The notes under the pieces: generated by a model
The model's database searches: none
Told to the model about the DNA's origin: nothing
Seen by the model: the letters and a program-made list of their open reading frames with translations, nothing else
Shown here: positions 1 through 8,016 of the stretch, piece after piece
Position numbering within the stretch: position 1 is the stretch's first letter
Layout of the letters: each line of letters begins with the position of its first letter
Position numbers and translations under genes: made by a program
IMG/VR virus record: IMGVR_UViG_3300030095_002892
Span: 1 to 24,903 of that record
Source: a virus
Taxonomy: Duplodnaviria; Caudoviricetes
DNA: 24,903 nucleotides
Direction: 5' to 3' (one strand)

Positions 1-2
1 AA

Positions 3-1226
3 ATAAACGTAGACGATTTTAAAGACCTTGCTGAAATGCAAGCAAGAGAACAAGCGTTGATAGCAGGCACACCGGATATTGGAACTCGACGTGACCCTGC
101 GGGAAGTTTAGGTTATTACATAAAGCAGATGCAAGAAGCTCAAGACGACGAATTTTCAACTATTTTAGGCGGTAGTCCAGAAAAATTTAAAAAAGCCAAG
201 GACGAATATTTAGAAAAATTAATAAACGCTTACACACAACCTGACATTTTTGATCGTTATCCACTAAATTTTGGTCAATTACTTGGTGATGTTCCCGCTA
301 ATGAAAACATAGGGGCGTATGAAACACCTGTATTAACTGTATTACGTGGAATGAAAGATCAAAAGCAGCCTTTGGATCAGTTACTAAACAAAATAAAAAG
401 CACTGCGACGAAAAAAGGGATAAAAGGCGTGACTTCGGAAGCCTTAAAACCTCTTTCTCGGATTGGGGTAAGCGACGACGCTTATGAGCTTGCCCGTGAT
501 TTGCCGGAAGAAGATTTAATGGAGGTGTTAAAAGAAGCCTTTGATGAAAAAACTAGGGTGACACCCAGCGAGGTTGCTCGTTACATAGAAAAAAACTCGG
601 TTCCAATTAGAGAAACGTTTCGTTCTAGTGATAAGCAAAATGTGAACTACAACATGGAGGACAGTGAGTATGTAACGCAAGCTCGGCAACTTTACGATAT
701 ACGAGATACGCTTGGTATCGAACATTATAGTGAATTAGTGGAAAAGCCTAAAAATTTAAAATTATTAGCGTTGTCCACGGAAACAGACCCGTTAAGTGGC
801 ATACCTTTTAAGGAAGATCATTATCACATTGCGGACAATACTTTTTCGCACATACGCTATAACGACCGCGTATTAGCAGATAAAGATAAAAAGGATAAAT
901 TGTTTGACGCTTTGTATATAGAAGAGATTCAGTCAGATTGGCACCAAAAAGCGCGTAATTTTGAAAAATCTTTGATTTTAGATTTTATAAACGAACCTAG
1001 ATCAGCCGATAGGCTTCCAATGAGCCGTGAACAGTTCTTGCGAAAAGCACTAGATAACGTTGCCGAGAAAAAGCCCACGTTAAGCATAGGAACTGACGCT
1101 TACGATAAAGCACTAGATAACGAAAAGGTTAGTATATTTCGTAAAGAAGCCCCGGAACTGACTAAATTGTTTAAAGAGTCGGCGTATCGAATAGAAAACG
1201 ACAGGTGGTTTAATCCAGGTGGGTAG
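3..1226 (+). CDS. Large polyvalent-type / putative internal virion protein, 5'-truncated by window edge; N-terminal part of a frameshifted gene
   Basis: Frame is open from position 3 (ATA AAC GTA GAC...), so the true start lies upstream of the window. Contains HY...FSHIRYNDR...LYIEEIQSDWHQKAR, a motif I recognise from large phage polyvalent proteins. Ends at TAG 1224-1226 before the domain is complete. Confidence 0.7.
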   Translation: MNVDDFKDLAEMQAREQALIAGTPDIGTRRDPAGSLGYYIKQMQEAQDDEFSTILGGSPEKFKKAKDEYLEKLINAYTQPDIFDRYPLNFGQLLGDVPANENIGAYETPVLTVLRGMKDQKQPLDQLLNKIKSTATKKGIKGVTSEALKPLSRIGVSDDAYELARDLPEEDLMEVLKEAFDEKTRVTPSEVARYIEKNSVPIRETFRSSDKQNVNYNMEDSEYVTQARQLYDIRDTLGIEHYSELVEKPKNLKLLALSTETDPLSGIPFKEDHYHIADNTFSHIRYNDRVLADKDKKDKLFDALYIEEIQSDWHQKARNFEKSLILDFINEPRSADRLPMSREQFLRKALDNVAEKKPTLSIGTDAYDKALDNEKVSIFRKEAPELTKLFKESAYRIENDRWFNPGG

Positions 1227-1714
1227 GTAAATATTTTAGAGAAAATCAAGGTAGTTTGGCAGTGCCAGACGCCCCTTTTAAAAATAACTGGATGCAACTT
1301 TCTTTTGACAGAATGGTTCAGGAAGCGTCGGTAAATAATAAAGACGGGTTAGCCTTTACCCCCGATGCTATTCAAAATATGCGTTATTCGGGGACAGACT
1401 TTACAGCTTACGATGGTATTATTAAAAACCACGCAAAAGAAATCGCAAAAAAATACGGCGTGGAGCTTAAAAAACTGGAAATACCCCAGCGAAACATAGC
1501 CTCGAAGGAACCGACTCAAGGACACATGGTTTGGTATTTACCGCTTACAGAAAAAATGAAAGAAGCGTTTACCCAAAAACCGTTATCTAAGTTTCAATCG
1601 GGCGGCGGCGTGTCTTCTCTTGCTTCTATGGCGCGGGACATGAACCACCGCCCACGGGGCATGGCGTCACTGTCTCAAATAGCTAGGAATATGCACTCCG
1701 GTGCTGTAGCATAG
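1214..1714 (+). CDS. C-terminal continuation of the EEIQSDWHQ protein in the -1 frame (ORF track 1256..1714)
   Basis: Frame is open from 1214 (after TAA 1211-1213). It encodes VPDAPFKNNW...RMVQEA...DGLAFTP..Q..RY, which in my recollection follows EEIQSDWHQ in the same polypeptide. The TTG at 1256 has no convincing RBS. Confidence 0.65.
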   Translation, partial: SRWVGKYFRENQGSLAVPDAPFKNNWMQLSFDRMVQEASVNNKDGLAFTPDAIQNMRYSGTDFTAYDGIIKNHAKEIAKKYGVELKKLEIPQRNIASKEPTQGHMVWYLPLTEKMKEAFTQKPLSKFQSGGGVSSLASMARDMNHRPRGMASLSQIARNMHSGAVA

Positions 1715-1733
1715 GAGGGTCGGAGGGAATTAC

Positions 1734-4187
1734 ATGGCAAACGGAGACAAAGCAACGTTAGCTTCCTTAATGGCACGTCAGGGAAGCACGAACGATTCTA
1801 CAGAGGATTTGGAGCTTGATATAGAGATCGCGGCTCCCGGTACACTTGTGGGTGGCACACCTGAATTACCGGAAGGCATTGAGATTGAATCTTCCGAAGA
1901 CGGCGGGGTTATTATTGATTTTGACCCTACTGCCTCAAACGCTCCTGATGAGGGCGATTTTTTTAGAAACCTAGCCGAGGAACTGGACGACAGGGAATTA
2001 GGCCGGGTTGCATCAGAACTTCTAGGTGATTTTGAAGCCAACAAGTCTTCCCGCAAAGATTGGGAAGAGGCGTATGCGAACGGTCTTGAACTGCTTGGCT
2101 TTACCTACGAGGAAAGAACGGAGCCTTTTAGAGGTGCAACGGGCGTGACCCATCCCTTACTTGCTGAAGCTGCTACACAATTTCAAGCACAGGCATTTAA
2201 TGAACTTTTGCCTTCGGGAGGACCGGTAAGAACGACGGTCATGGGCGAAAAGTCCAAGGAAAAAGAAGATCAGGCAAAGCGTGTCAAGGAATTTATGAAC
2301 TACTACATCACAAATGTGATGGAGGAATACACCCCGGAATTTGATCAGATGTTGTTTTATCTGCCTTTGGCGGGTTCCACGTTTAAAAAAGTATATTATG
2401 ACGGCACTTTAGATCGAGCCGTCAGTAAATTTGTTCCGGCAGAACATTTAGTCGTTCCCTACGAAGCAAACGACATTGAAAGTTGTCCGAACGTAACACA
2501 AGTTTTAAAAATGCCTTTAAACGAGTTGCGTAAAAAGCAATTATCGGGATTTTACCTTGATGTAAACGTGTTGCCGTCGCAGGCAGAAGACAGTACTGCA
2601 ATAGGAAGTGAAATTGACCGAATTGAAGGCGTACAATCAACTAATATAGATTATGACTGTACGTTGTTGGAATGTCATGTTGACCTTGATCTAGCTGGAT
2701 TTGAAGAGAGTGACGGGGAAGGAGAACCTACAGGTATCAAGGTGCCTTATGTGGTAACCATTTCCGAGGATAATGGTCAGGTGTTAGCCATCCGTCGTAA
2801 TTACAACGCGGACGATGAACTTCAGCGCAAGATTCAATATTTTGTTCATTATAAGTTTTTGCCGGGGTTTGGTTTTTACGGACTTGGGCTTATTCACACC
2901 ATTGGGGGCCTTTCACGTACCGCTACAGCGGCCCTTCGCCAGCTTATAGATGCTGGCACTCTCAGTAACCTCCCCGCCGGATTCAAGGCCCGTGGCCTGC
3001 GGATTAGGGACGATGCCGAGCCGATTCAGCCCGGAGAATTTCGGGATATAGACGCTCCCGGTGGTGCTATACGAGATAGTCTGATGCCGTTGCCTTTTAA
3101 AGGTCCTGACACTACTTTATTTCAGTTATTAGGGTTTGTAGTAGAAGCGGGACAGCGGTTTGCCACTATTACCGATTTAAAGGTAGGGGACGGTAATCAG
3201 CAAGCGGCAGTTGGTACGACGGTTGCTATGTTGGAACAGGGATCGCGGGTAATGAGTGCCGTACACAAACGCCTGCATTACGCCATGAAGATGGAATTTA
3301 AGCTGTTAGCTCGGGTTATGTCCGAGTCGTTACCACCTATTTATCCCTATTCTGTAGAAGGCGGCGATCAGGCCGTTATGCAACAGGATTTTGATGATCG
3401 CGTAGATGTGGTTCCGGTATCCAACCCGAATATATTTTCACAGGCACAACGGATTTCTCTGGCCCAGACGCAGATGCAACTGGCAATGCAAGCTCCCGAA
3501 ATACATGATGTTTACGAGGCATATCGCAGGATGTATGATGCGCTTGGGGTCAGGGATGTTGATAAGTTATTACGTCCGCAATCTACGGAAGAGCCTGTTC
3601 CTAAAGATCCTGCGCAGGAAAACATAGATGTGTTGGAAGGCACGCAGTTAAAAGCGTTTGAAGGTCAAAACCACGACGCGCATATTATGGCGCATTTGAC
3701 GTTTGGTTCTTCGGGCATGGTAATGCAGGCGCCGGGAATGGCCGGAGCGTTACAAAAGCACGTATTAGAACATGTGCAGATAAAAGCGAATGAAATGGCT
3801 GTTGTGCAGTTTATGCAACAGACGCAGGGACAACAGCTAACGGACGAACAAGTAATAGAATTACAATCGGTGACCGCGCAGATGATTGCGCAGGAAATGC
3901 AGAATTTAAAACAACTCAGCGAACAAGTAGCGGGGGGCGGCCAACAAGGTCCCGATCCGTTGGTGCAGTTGAAGCAACAGGAACTTGCCTTGAAGCAACA
4001 GCAGGTTCAGGCGGATATTACACAGGAACAAGCCGAGTTGCAGCTTGATACACAAAAAGCGGCCCAAAAGGCACAGGAATTTCAACAACGGTTAGCTAGT
4101 CAGGAAAAACAGACGGCGGCGCGTATTGATTCTGCTATGGAACGTGAAAGATTGCGTCAGCAGGACATAACCAATCGAGGATTTTAA
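1734..4187 (+). CDS. Portal protein (P22 gp1-like, with Gln-rich coiled-coil C-terminal extension)
   Basis: 817 aa. Motifs SRKDWEEAY, HPLLAEAATQFQA, GSTFKKVYYD, PGFGFYGLG, RQLIDAGTLSN and ENIDVL...QNHDAHI are typical of this podovirus portal family. Tandem GGAGGG upstream (1713-1727); located ahead of scaffold and capsid. Confidence 0.9.
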   Translation: MANGDKATLASLMARQGSTNDSTEDLELDIEIAAPGTLVGGTPELPEGIEIESSEDGGVIIDFDPTASNAPDEGDFFRNLAEELDDRELGRVASELLGDFEANKSSRKDWEEAYANGLELLGFTYEERTEPFRGATGVTHPLLAEAATQFQAQAFNELLPSGGPVRTTVMGEKSKEKEDQAKRVKEFMNYYITNVMEEYTPEFDQMLFYLPLAGSTFKKVYYDGTLDRAVSKFVPAEHLVVPYEANDIESCPNVTQVLKMPLNELRKKQLSGFYLDVNVLPSQAEDSTAIGSEIDRIEGVQSTNIDYDCTLLECHVDLDLAGFEESDGEGEPTGIKVPYVVTISEDNGQVLAIRRNYNADDELQRKIQYFVHYKFLPGFGFYGLGLIHTIGGLSRTATAALRQLIDAGTLSNLPAGFKARGLRIRDDAEPIQPGEFRDIDAPGGAIRDSLMPLPFKGPDTTLFQLLGFVVEAGQRFATITDLKVGDGNQQAAVGTTVAMLEQGSRVMSAVHKRLHYAMKMEFKLLARVMSESLPPIYPYSVEGGDQAVMQQDFDDRVDVVPVSNPNIFSQAQRISLAQTQMQLAMQAPEIHDVYEAYRRMYDALGVRDVDKLLRPQSTEEPVPKDPAQENIDVLEGTQLKAFEGQNHDAHIMAHLTFGSSGMVMQAPGMAGALQKHVLEHVQIKANEMAVVQFMQQTQGQQLTDEQVIELQSVTAQMIAQEMQNLKQLSEQVAGGGQQGPDPLVQLKQQELALKQQQVQADITQEQAELQLDTQKAAQKAQEFQQRLASQEKQTAARIDSAMERERLRQQDITNRGF

Positions 4188-4188
4188 A

Positions 4189-4392
4189 ATGAGTAAAGTA
4201 CACATTATTAGCGGTCCTGCCGCAGCACCTCCCAAGCCTGTAAATAAGGCTGTTATTGGCGATCAGGGAAGCATACCTTTTGCAAAGTTGATTCCCGAGA
4301 AAACACCTAACACAGAACAAGGTAAGATATTTCGTGGCAAGAAGCGTGGCATGGGTGCCGCGTTACGTGGCTCACGCTATATAAGTTGTTAG
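4189..4392 (+). CDS. Small basic hypothetical protein with C-terminal RGxGAAxRG motif
   Basis: ATG 1 nt after portal stop, GAGGA RBS upstream; ends KKRGMGAALRGSRYISC. Confidence 0.8.
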   Translation: MSKVHIISGPAAAPPKPVNKAVIGDQGSIPFAKLIPEKTPNTEQGKIFRGKKRGMGAALRGSRYISC

Positions 4393-4393
4393 G

Positions 4394-4543
4394 GTGCCCT
4401 TAAAGAAAGGGAAAAGCAAAAAAACAGTTAGCTCTAACATCAAGAAATTGGTGAAAGAAGGCTATTCCCAAAAACAATCGGTAGCGATAGCACTCAGTCA
4501 AAAAAAGCGCGGTAAAAAGAGGAAGTCACGTCGTACCGCGTAA
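4394..4543 (+). CDS. Small Lys-rich protein, 49 aa (MPLKKGKSKKTVSSNIKKLVKEGYSQKQSVAIALSQKKRGKKRKSRRTA); not in ORF track
   Basis: Translated by hand: GTG 4394 to TAA 4541-4543, 1 nt after the previous stop. 18 of 49 residues are K/R. Resembles the recurrent phage MPLKKGKS...QAVAIALS peptides. Confidence 0.85.
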   Translation: MPLKKGKSKKTVSSNIKKLVKEGYSQKQSVAIALSQKKRGKKRKSRRTA

Positions 4544-4620
4544 ATAATTAACGGGGCGTGACATTAACTCTTATTTTGTCAGTATCGGGTACCCAAAACT
4601 ACGTCGAAAAGGTGTAAAAG

Positions 4621-5139
4621 GTGGCCGTAGCAGAGATAATGGCGATTGTCAGCACGATAAACGCCGCCGCAGGAGCAATAAACAAGGTCGCGGGGACGTG
4701 CAACGACCTTAATACTATTGGTTCTTTTGTAGGAAAACTCGGCCAAGCACAGGTTGATTTGCAAGCCTATCAAAACAAACACCGTAATAATCTTTCTGAA
4801 GAAGAATTAATCCAGATAACGCTGGCAAAAAAGCAATATCAGGACAGAATGAATGAAATTCGTGAATTATTTATTTATTCGGGAAACTCTCATCTTTGGG
4901 ATGAGATTCAGATGGAAATGGCAAATGCGCGGAAAAGACGTATTGCTGACATGAGGGCAAAGGAAGCGGCCAGAAAAAAAGCAATACGCATTACAATTTG
5001 GGCAGGATTTATTTTAGTAGTGTCCATAGGGGTGTTTATGTTGATGATGCACGCCATTATGAGCTATGCTGACACGGTTGAGATTACGGATGAAATAGCT
5101 ATTATACTAACGTTATTGGGTAGTGTTCCGTTATGGTAA
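4621..5139 (+). CDS. Coiled-coil membrane protein, hypothetical
   Basis: GTG start with AAGGTG upstream; helical body, basic patch, then hydrophobic ITIWAGFILVVSIGVFMLMM and a second hydrophobic tail. Confidence 0.75.
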   Translation: MAVAEIMAIVSTINAAAGAINKVAGTCNDLNTIGSFVGKLGQAQVDLQAYQNKHRNNLSEEELIQITLAKKQYQDRMNEIRELFIYSGNSHLWDEIQMEMANARKRRIADMRAKEAARKKAIRITIWAGFILVVSIGVFMLMMHAIMSYADTVEITDEIAIILTLLGSVPLW

Positions 5140-5348
5140 TGGCTTTTCTTTTAATTATGATTGTCAATGGCGAAATACTTGAAAGCAATCAGTTTGTTTT
5201 TAAAAGCGTTTACCGTTGTAATCAGTTTGCTAGAGCTTTGGAAACAGGAGAAACATCATATAGATTTTCCTATGTAAGGGCGCAAACAAAAATTACGGCG
5301 TACTGCATACCTAAAATGGTTTCACCTAACACAACTTTTCGGGATTAA
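5133..5348 (+). CDS. Small protein with hydrophobic N-terminus and two Cys
   Basis: Overlaps previous stop; MAFLLIMIV N-terminus, RC...AYCIP Cys pair. Confidence 0.7.
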   Translation: MVMAFLLIMIVNGEILESNQFVFKSVYRCNQFARALETGETSYRFSYVRAQTKITAYCIPKMVSPNTTFRD

Positions 5349-5351
5349 ACT

Positions 5352-5729
5352 ATGAATATATTAAGTGCGGTGCTGGGTCCTGTAACAAACCTTGCCGGGA
5401 CGTGGATGAAAAACAAGCATGAGCAGGGTCAAGCTAAACATCAGGCCAAAATGCAGGTAATTCAAAATGATGCGAACTGGGAAGACAAGATGGCTTCTGC
5501 CAGCGATAACAGTTTTAAGGACGAGTTCTGGACGCTTGTACTCTCTGTCCCTATCTTTATGGTTGGGTACGCTGTGGCTTTTGATGATATTGCTGTCATG
5601 GATAGGGTTCACGCTGGTTTTGACGCTCTATCTAACCTTCCTGATTGGTATCAATATCTACTCTTCATCGCCGTTAGCGCGTCATTTGGGATAAGGGGCG
5701 CGGACAAATTAATGAAGTTACGCAAATGA
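5352..5729 (+). CDS. Putative holin (3TM holin-like)
   Basis: N-terminal amphipathic helix, SFKDEFWTLVLSVP then TM segment, LPDWYQYLLFIAVSASFGIRG, basic C-terminus; lies upstream of an endolysin. Confidence 0.65.
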   Translation: MNILSAVLGPVTNLAGTWMKNKHEQGQAKHQAKMQVIQNDANWEDKMASASDNSFKDEFWTLVLSVPIFMVGYAVAFDDIAVMDRVHAGFDALSNLPDWYQYLLFIAVSASFGIRGADKLMKLRK

Positions 5730-5893
5730 ATTGTTATAACTGTAAAACAGAACTAATTTGGGGGGGCGACCACGATAACGAACGTGATGACGACCACTTA
5801 ATTGAAACTAATTTATCTTGTCCGAAGTGCAACGCCTTTGTTGTCGTGTGGTGGGGCGAAAAGGAGATAAAGGATGACACCAGAAGAATTTGA
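5726..5893 (+). CDS. Small Zn-finger protein, 55 aa (MNCYNCKTELIWGGDHD...TNLSCPKC...); not in ORF track
   Basis: Translated by hand: ATG 5726 overlaps the previous stop (ATGA), TGA 5891-5893. CxxC...CxxC pattern; fills an otherwise empty gap. Confidence 0.85.
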   Translation: MNCYNCKTELIWGGDHDNERDDDHLIETNLSCPKCNAFVVVWWGEKEIKDDTRRI

Positions 5894-6077
5894 CAAATGG
5901 CGTGTAATGCCTCGACTTTTAGTTTTGCTGATGGGATTAGCCAGTTGGGACGTTATACATTGGTTTACAACGCTAGAAAACCCCACTTTTGAACAGGCCG
6001 GGTTAGTAAGTGTTGTTACCGGCGCTATGACTGCCGTTTTTGGGTTATTTTACCAGAGAAGAATTTGCGTGTTCTGA
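5874..6077 (+). CDS. Putative two-TM holin-like membrane protein; C-terminus may be aberrant
   Basis: AAGGAG RBS upstream; FDKWRVMPR then two hydrophobic segments; directly precedes the endolysin and overlaps it by 38 nt. Confidence 0.7.
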   Translation: MTPEEFDKWRVMPRLLVLLMGLASWDVIHWFTTLENPTFEQAGLVSVVTGAMTAVFGLFYQRRICVF

Positions 6078-6381
6078 AACCGGTGAAAATGAAATTTGGG
6101 ACGTATTTGTTCAACGATTAGACGTTTTGCGAGAAGCTTGCGGGTTTCCTTTTACCATTACGTCGGGATATCGTTCCGTAAAGCATTCTATAGAAGCTAA
6201 AAAACAAGTGCCGGGAACTCACACAAGGGGCATTGCTGCTGATATAGCCGTAGCTAACGGTAAACAGCGAAGAATTATTGTCGAAAACGCTTTAGAGCAG
6301 AAGTTTTACGGCATTGGCGTGGCAAAAAGTTTTATTCACGTAGATATTCGTGAAACGGACCCCGTAATGTGGACGTATTGA
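6040..6381 (+). CDS. Endolysin, peptidase M15A family (Zn D-Ala-D-Ala peptidase-like); start uncertain
   Basis: YFTREEFAC, ITSGYRS, H-x6-D (HTRGIAAD) and FIHVD Zn-binding motifs. Confidence 0.9.
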   Translation: MGYFTREEFACSETGENEIWDVFVQRLDVLREACGFPFTITSGYRSVKHSIEAKKQVPGTHTRGIAADIAVANGKQRRIIVENALEQKFYGIGVAKSFIHVDIRETDPVMWTY

Positions 6382-6435
6382 TATAAGATGTGGTATATAT
6401 AGATACGAATTTCTCAGACACCTTTAAGGATAACT

Positions 6436-6633
6436 TTGGACGCTTTACAGATTGTTCAGTTTGTACAAAGGAGTATTAAAGACAGACGAGGACAGATTTT
6501 AGATTTATTAGAACACGGTAGTGTAAAAAGCATGGAGCATTATAGGGAGCTTATGGGCAACCTAGATGCTTTAAACCACATAGCACAGGAACTCTCGGGC
6601 CTGCTAGAACAACAGGAGCAAATCGATGACTGA
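6436..6633 (+). CDS. Conserved small helical protein upstream of GroES
   Basis: AAGGA RBS before TTG; SMEHYRELMG motif; overlaps the start of groES. Confidence 0.75.
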   Translation: MDALQIVQFVQRSIKDRRGQILDLLEHGSVKSMEHYRELMGNLDALNHIAQELSGLLEQQEQIDD

Positions 6634-7072
6634 AGCAGCAGCGTCGCTTGATTTAGAGGCGGCAGAACAGGGCGTTAAAGAGTTGTATAAAGCGCCGGAA
6701 CAACGGGTACTTGATCCCGAAGCGATGGAAGGTTCTCTTCTTGAGCGAATGCCAAACCCTACGGGATGGCGCATGTTAATTCTTCCTTACAGAGGGAAAG
6801 AAATAACGGAAGGCGGTATTGTGCTTCCGAATAAGTTGTTAGATGACGATCAAATACAAACGGTGGTTGGTTATGTCGTTAAACAAGGTTCTCTCTGTTA
6901 TAAAGACAAAGAAAAGTTTCCAGAAGGGCCGTGGTGCCGCGAAAAAGATTGGGTGATTTTTGCCCGATATGCGGGTTCTCGGTTTCGTATTGAGGGTGGT
7001 GAGGTTCGCATTTTAAATGATGACGAAATTCTTGCGACTATTGATAATCCAGACGATATTCTTAGTCTTTAG
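6626..7072 (+). CDS. groES: Co-chaperonin GroES/Cpn10 homolog with acidic N-terminal extension
   Basis: PTGWRMLILP, mobile loop TEGGIVLP, VIFARYAG, RILNDDEILATI match the Cpn10 pattern; CAGGAG RBS. Confidence 0.9.
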   Translation: MTEAAASLDLEAAEQGVKELYKAPEQRVLDPEAMEGSLLERMPNPTGWRMLILPYRGKEITEGGIVLPNKLLDDDQIQTVVGYVVKQGSLCYKDKEKFPEGPWCREKDWVIFARYAGSRFRIEGGEVRILNDDEILATIDNPDDILSL

Positions 7073-7082
7073 GAGATAAATT

Positions 7083-8012
7083 ATGGCAGAAGCAGAGAAA
7101 CAGATTGAGCTAGATGTCGAGGAAGAACAGGATACCGAGGTTGAAGTACCGCAAAGCCCGGTTGAAGAGGTTGTTTCCAATGAAATTGAAGTAGAACAAG
7201 CGGCAGAAGGCGAACAACATGAAGAATACAGTACTTCTGTAAAAAAGCGGATTGATAAGCTAACTAAGAAGATGCGCGAAGCGGAAAGGCAACGCGATGA
7301 AGCTATTGGTTATGCTAAAAACGTTCAAACGGAGTCTGACGGCTTAAAAACCCGCATGAAAAGCTTAGACCAAGGTTACATGCAGGAATATGGCAACCGG
7401 TTAGAAATGCAGGAAGAGCAAGTAAAAGCCCAGTTAAACAGGGCGCTTGAGCTAGGAGATACCGCTGCTACGGTAGAAGCCCAGCAAAAACTAACAGAAA
7501 TAGGTATTGCTAACAATCAGTATAAAACGGCTAAACGTCAGCAAGATCAACGGGTGCAACAGGAACAGGCTGCTAGGGACTACTATGCGGCTAATCCCGA
7601 AGCGGCGCGGCAAGCTCAAGCTCAAAGGCAGCCGGAACCCCCTCCCCCTGAACCAGATCCTAAAGCTCAAGATTGGGCGTCTAGGAATCAATGGTTTGGG
7701 CAAGATGAGGCAATGACCTTTGCGGCTTTTGGTATACATAAGCGATTAGTCGAATCAGAAGGGTTTGACCCGCAGAGCGATGAGTATTATGATGAGCTTG
7801 ATAGGACACTTGTAAAAGAGTTTCCCAACAAATTTGATAACGGTGCCAGCGTTAAACGTCCCGCCCAGAACGTTGCTGGAGTATCCCGCAGTACAGGAAG
7901 TACAACAGGGCGCAGTGGTAGTAAAAAGGTACGACTCACCCCGTCCCAAGTTACGATAGCTAAAAAATTGGGTGTGCCGCTAGAAGAATACGCGAAATAC
8001 GTGAAGGAGTAA
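7083..8012 (+). CDS. Putative capsid scaffolding protein
   Basis: Acidic N-terminus, VKKRIDKLT, long coiled coil, Pro-rich linker, C-terminal helix pair LTPSQVTIAKKLGVPLEEYAK; between portal and capsid; AGGAG RBS. Confidence 0.75.
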   Translation: MAEAEKQIELDVEEEQDTEVEVPQSPVEEVVSNEIEVEQAAEGEQHEEYSTSVKKRIDKLTKKMREAERQRDEAIGYAKNVQTESDGLKTRMKSLDQGYMQEYGNRLEMQEEQVKAQLNRALELGDTAATVEAQQKLTEIGIANNQYKTAKRQQDQRVQQEQAARDYYAANPEAARQAQAQRQPEPPPPEPDPKAQDWASRNQWFGQDEAMTFAAFGIHKRLVESEGFDPQSDEYYDELDRTLVKEFPNKFDNGASVKRPAQNVAGVSRSTGSTTGRSGSKKVRLTPSQVTIAKKLGVPLEEYAKYVKE

Positions 8013-8016
8013 TAAA

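Noticed and set aside
1224-1226. TAG stop-codon reassignment or read-through as the cause of the split gene
   Set aside because: The continuation is in a different frame, and TAG terminates several other genes normally (e.g. 7072, 9192, 13119).
4559-4594. Inverted TGACA/TGTCA pair and GGGTACCC palindrome in the intergenic gap
   Set aside because: Short enough to arise by chance and I saw no second copy elsewhere in the window.
6378-6401. Possible sigma70 promoter TTGATA...TGGTATATAT upstream of the GroES/scaffold genes
   Set aside because: Spacing between the -35-like and -10-like boxes is only about 10-12 nt and the -10 match is imperfect; plausible location but not supportable.
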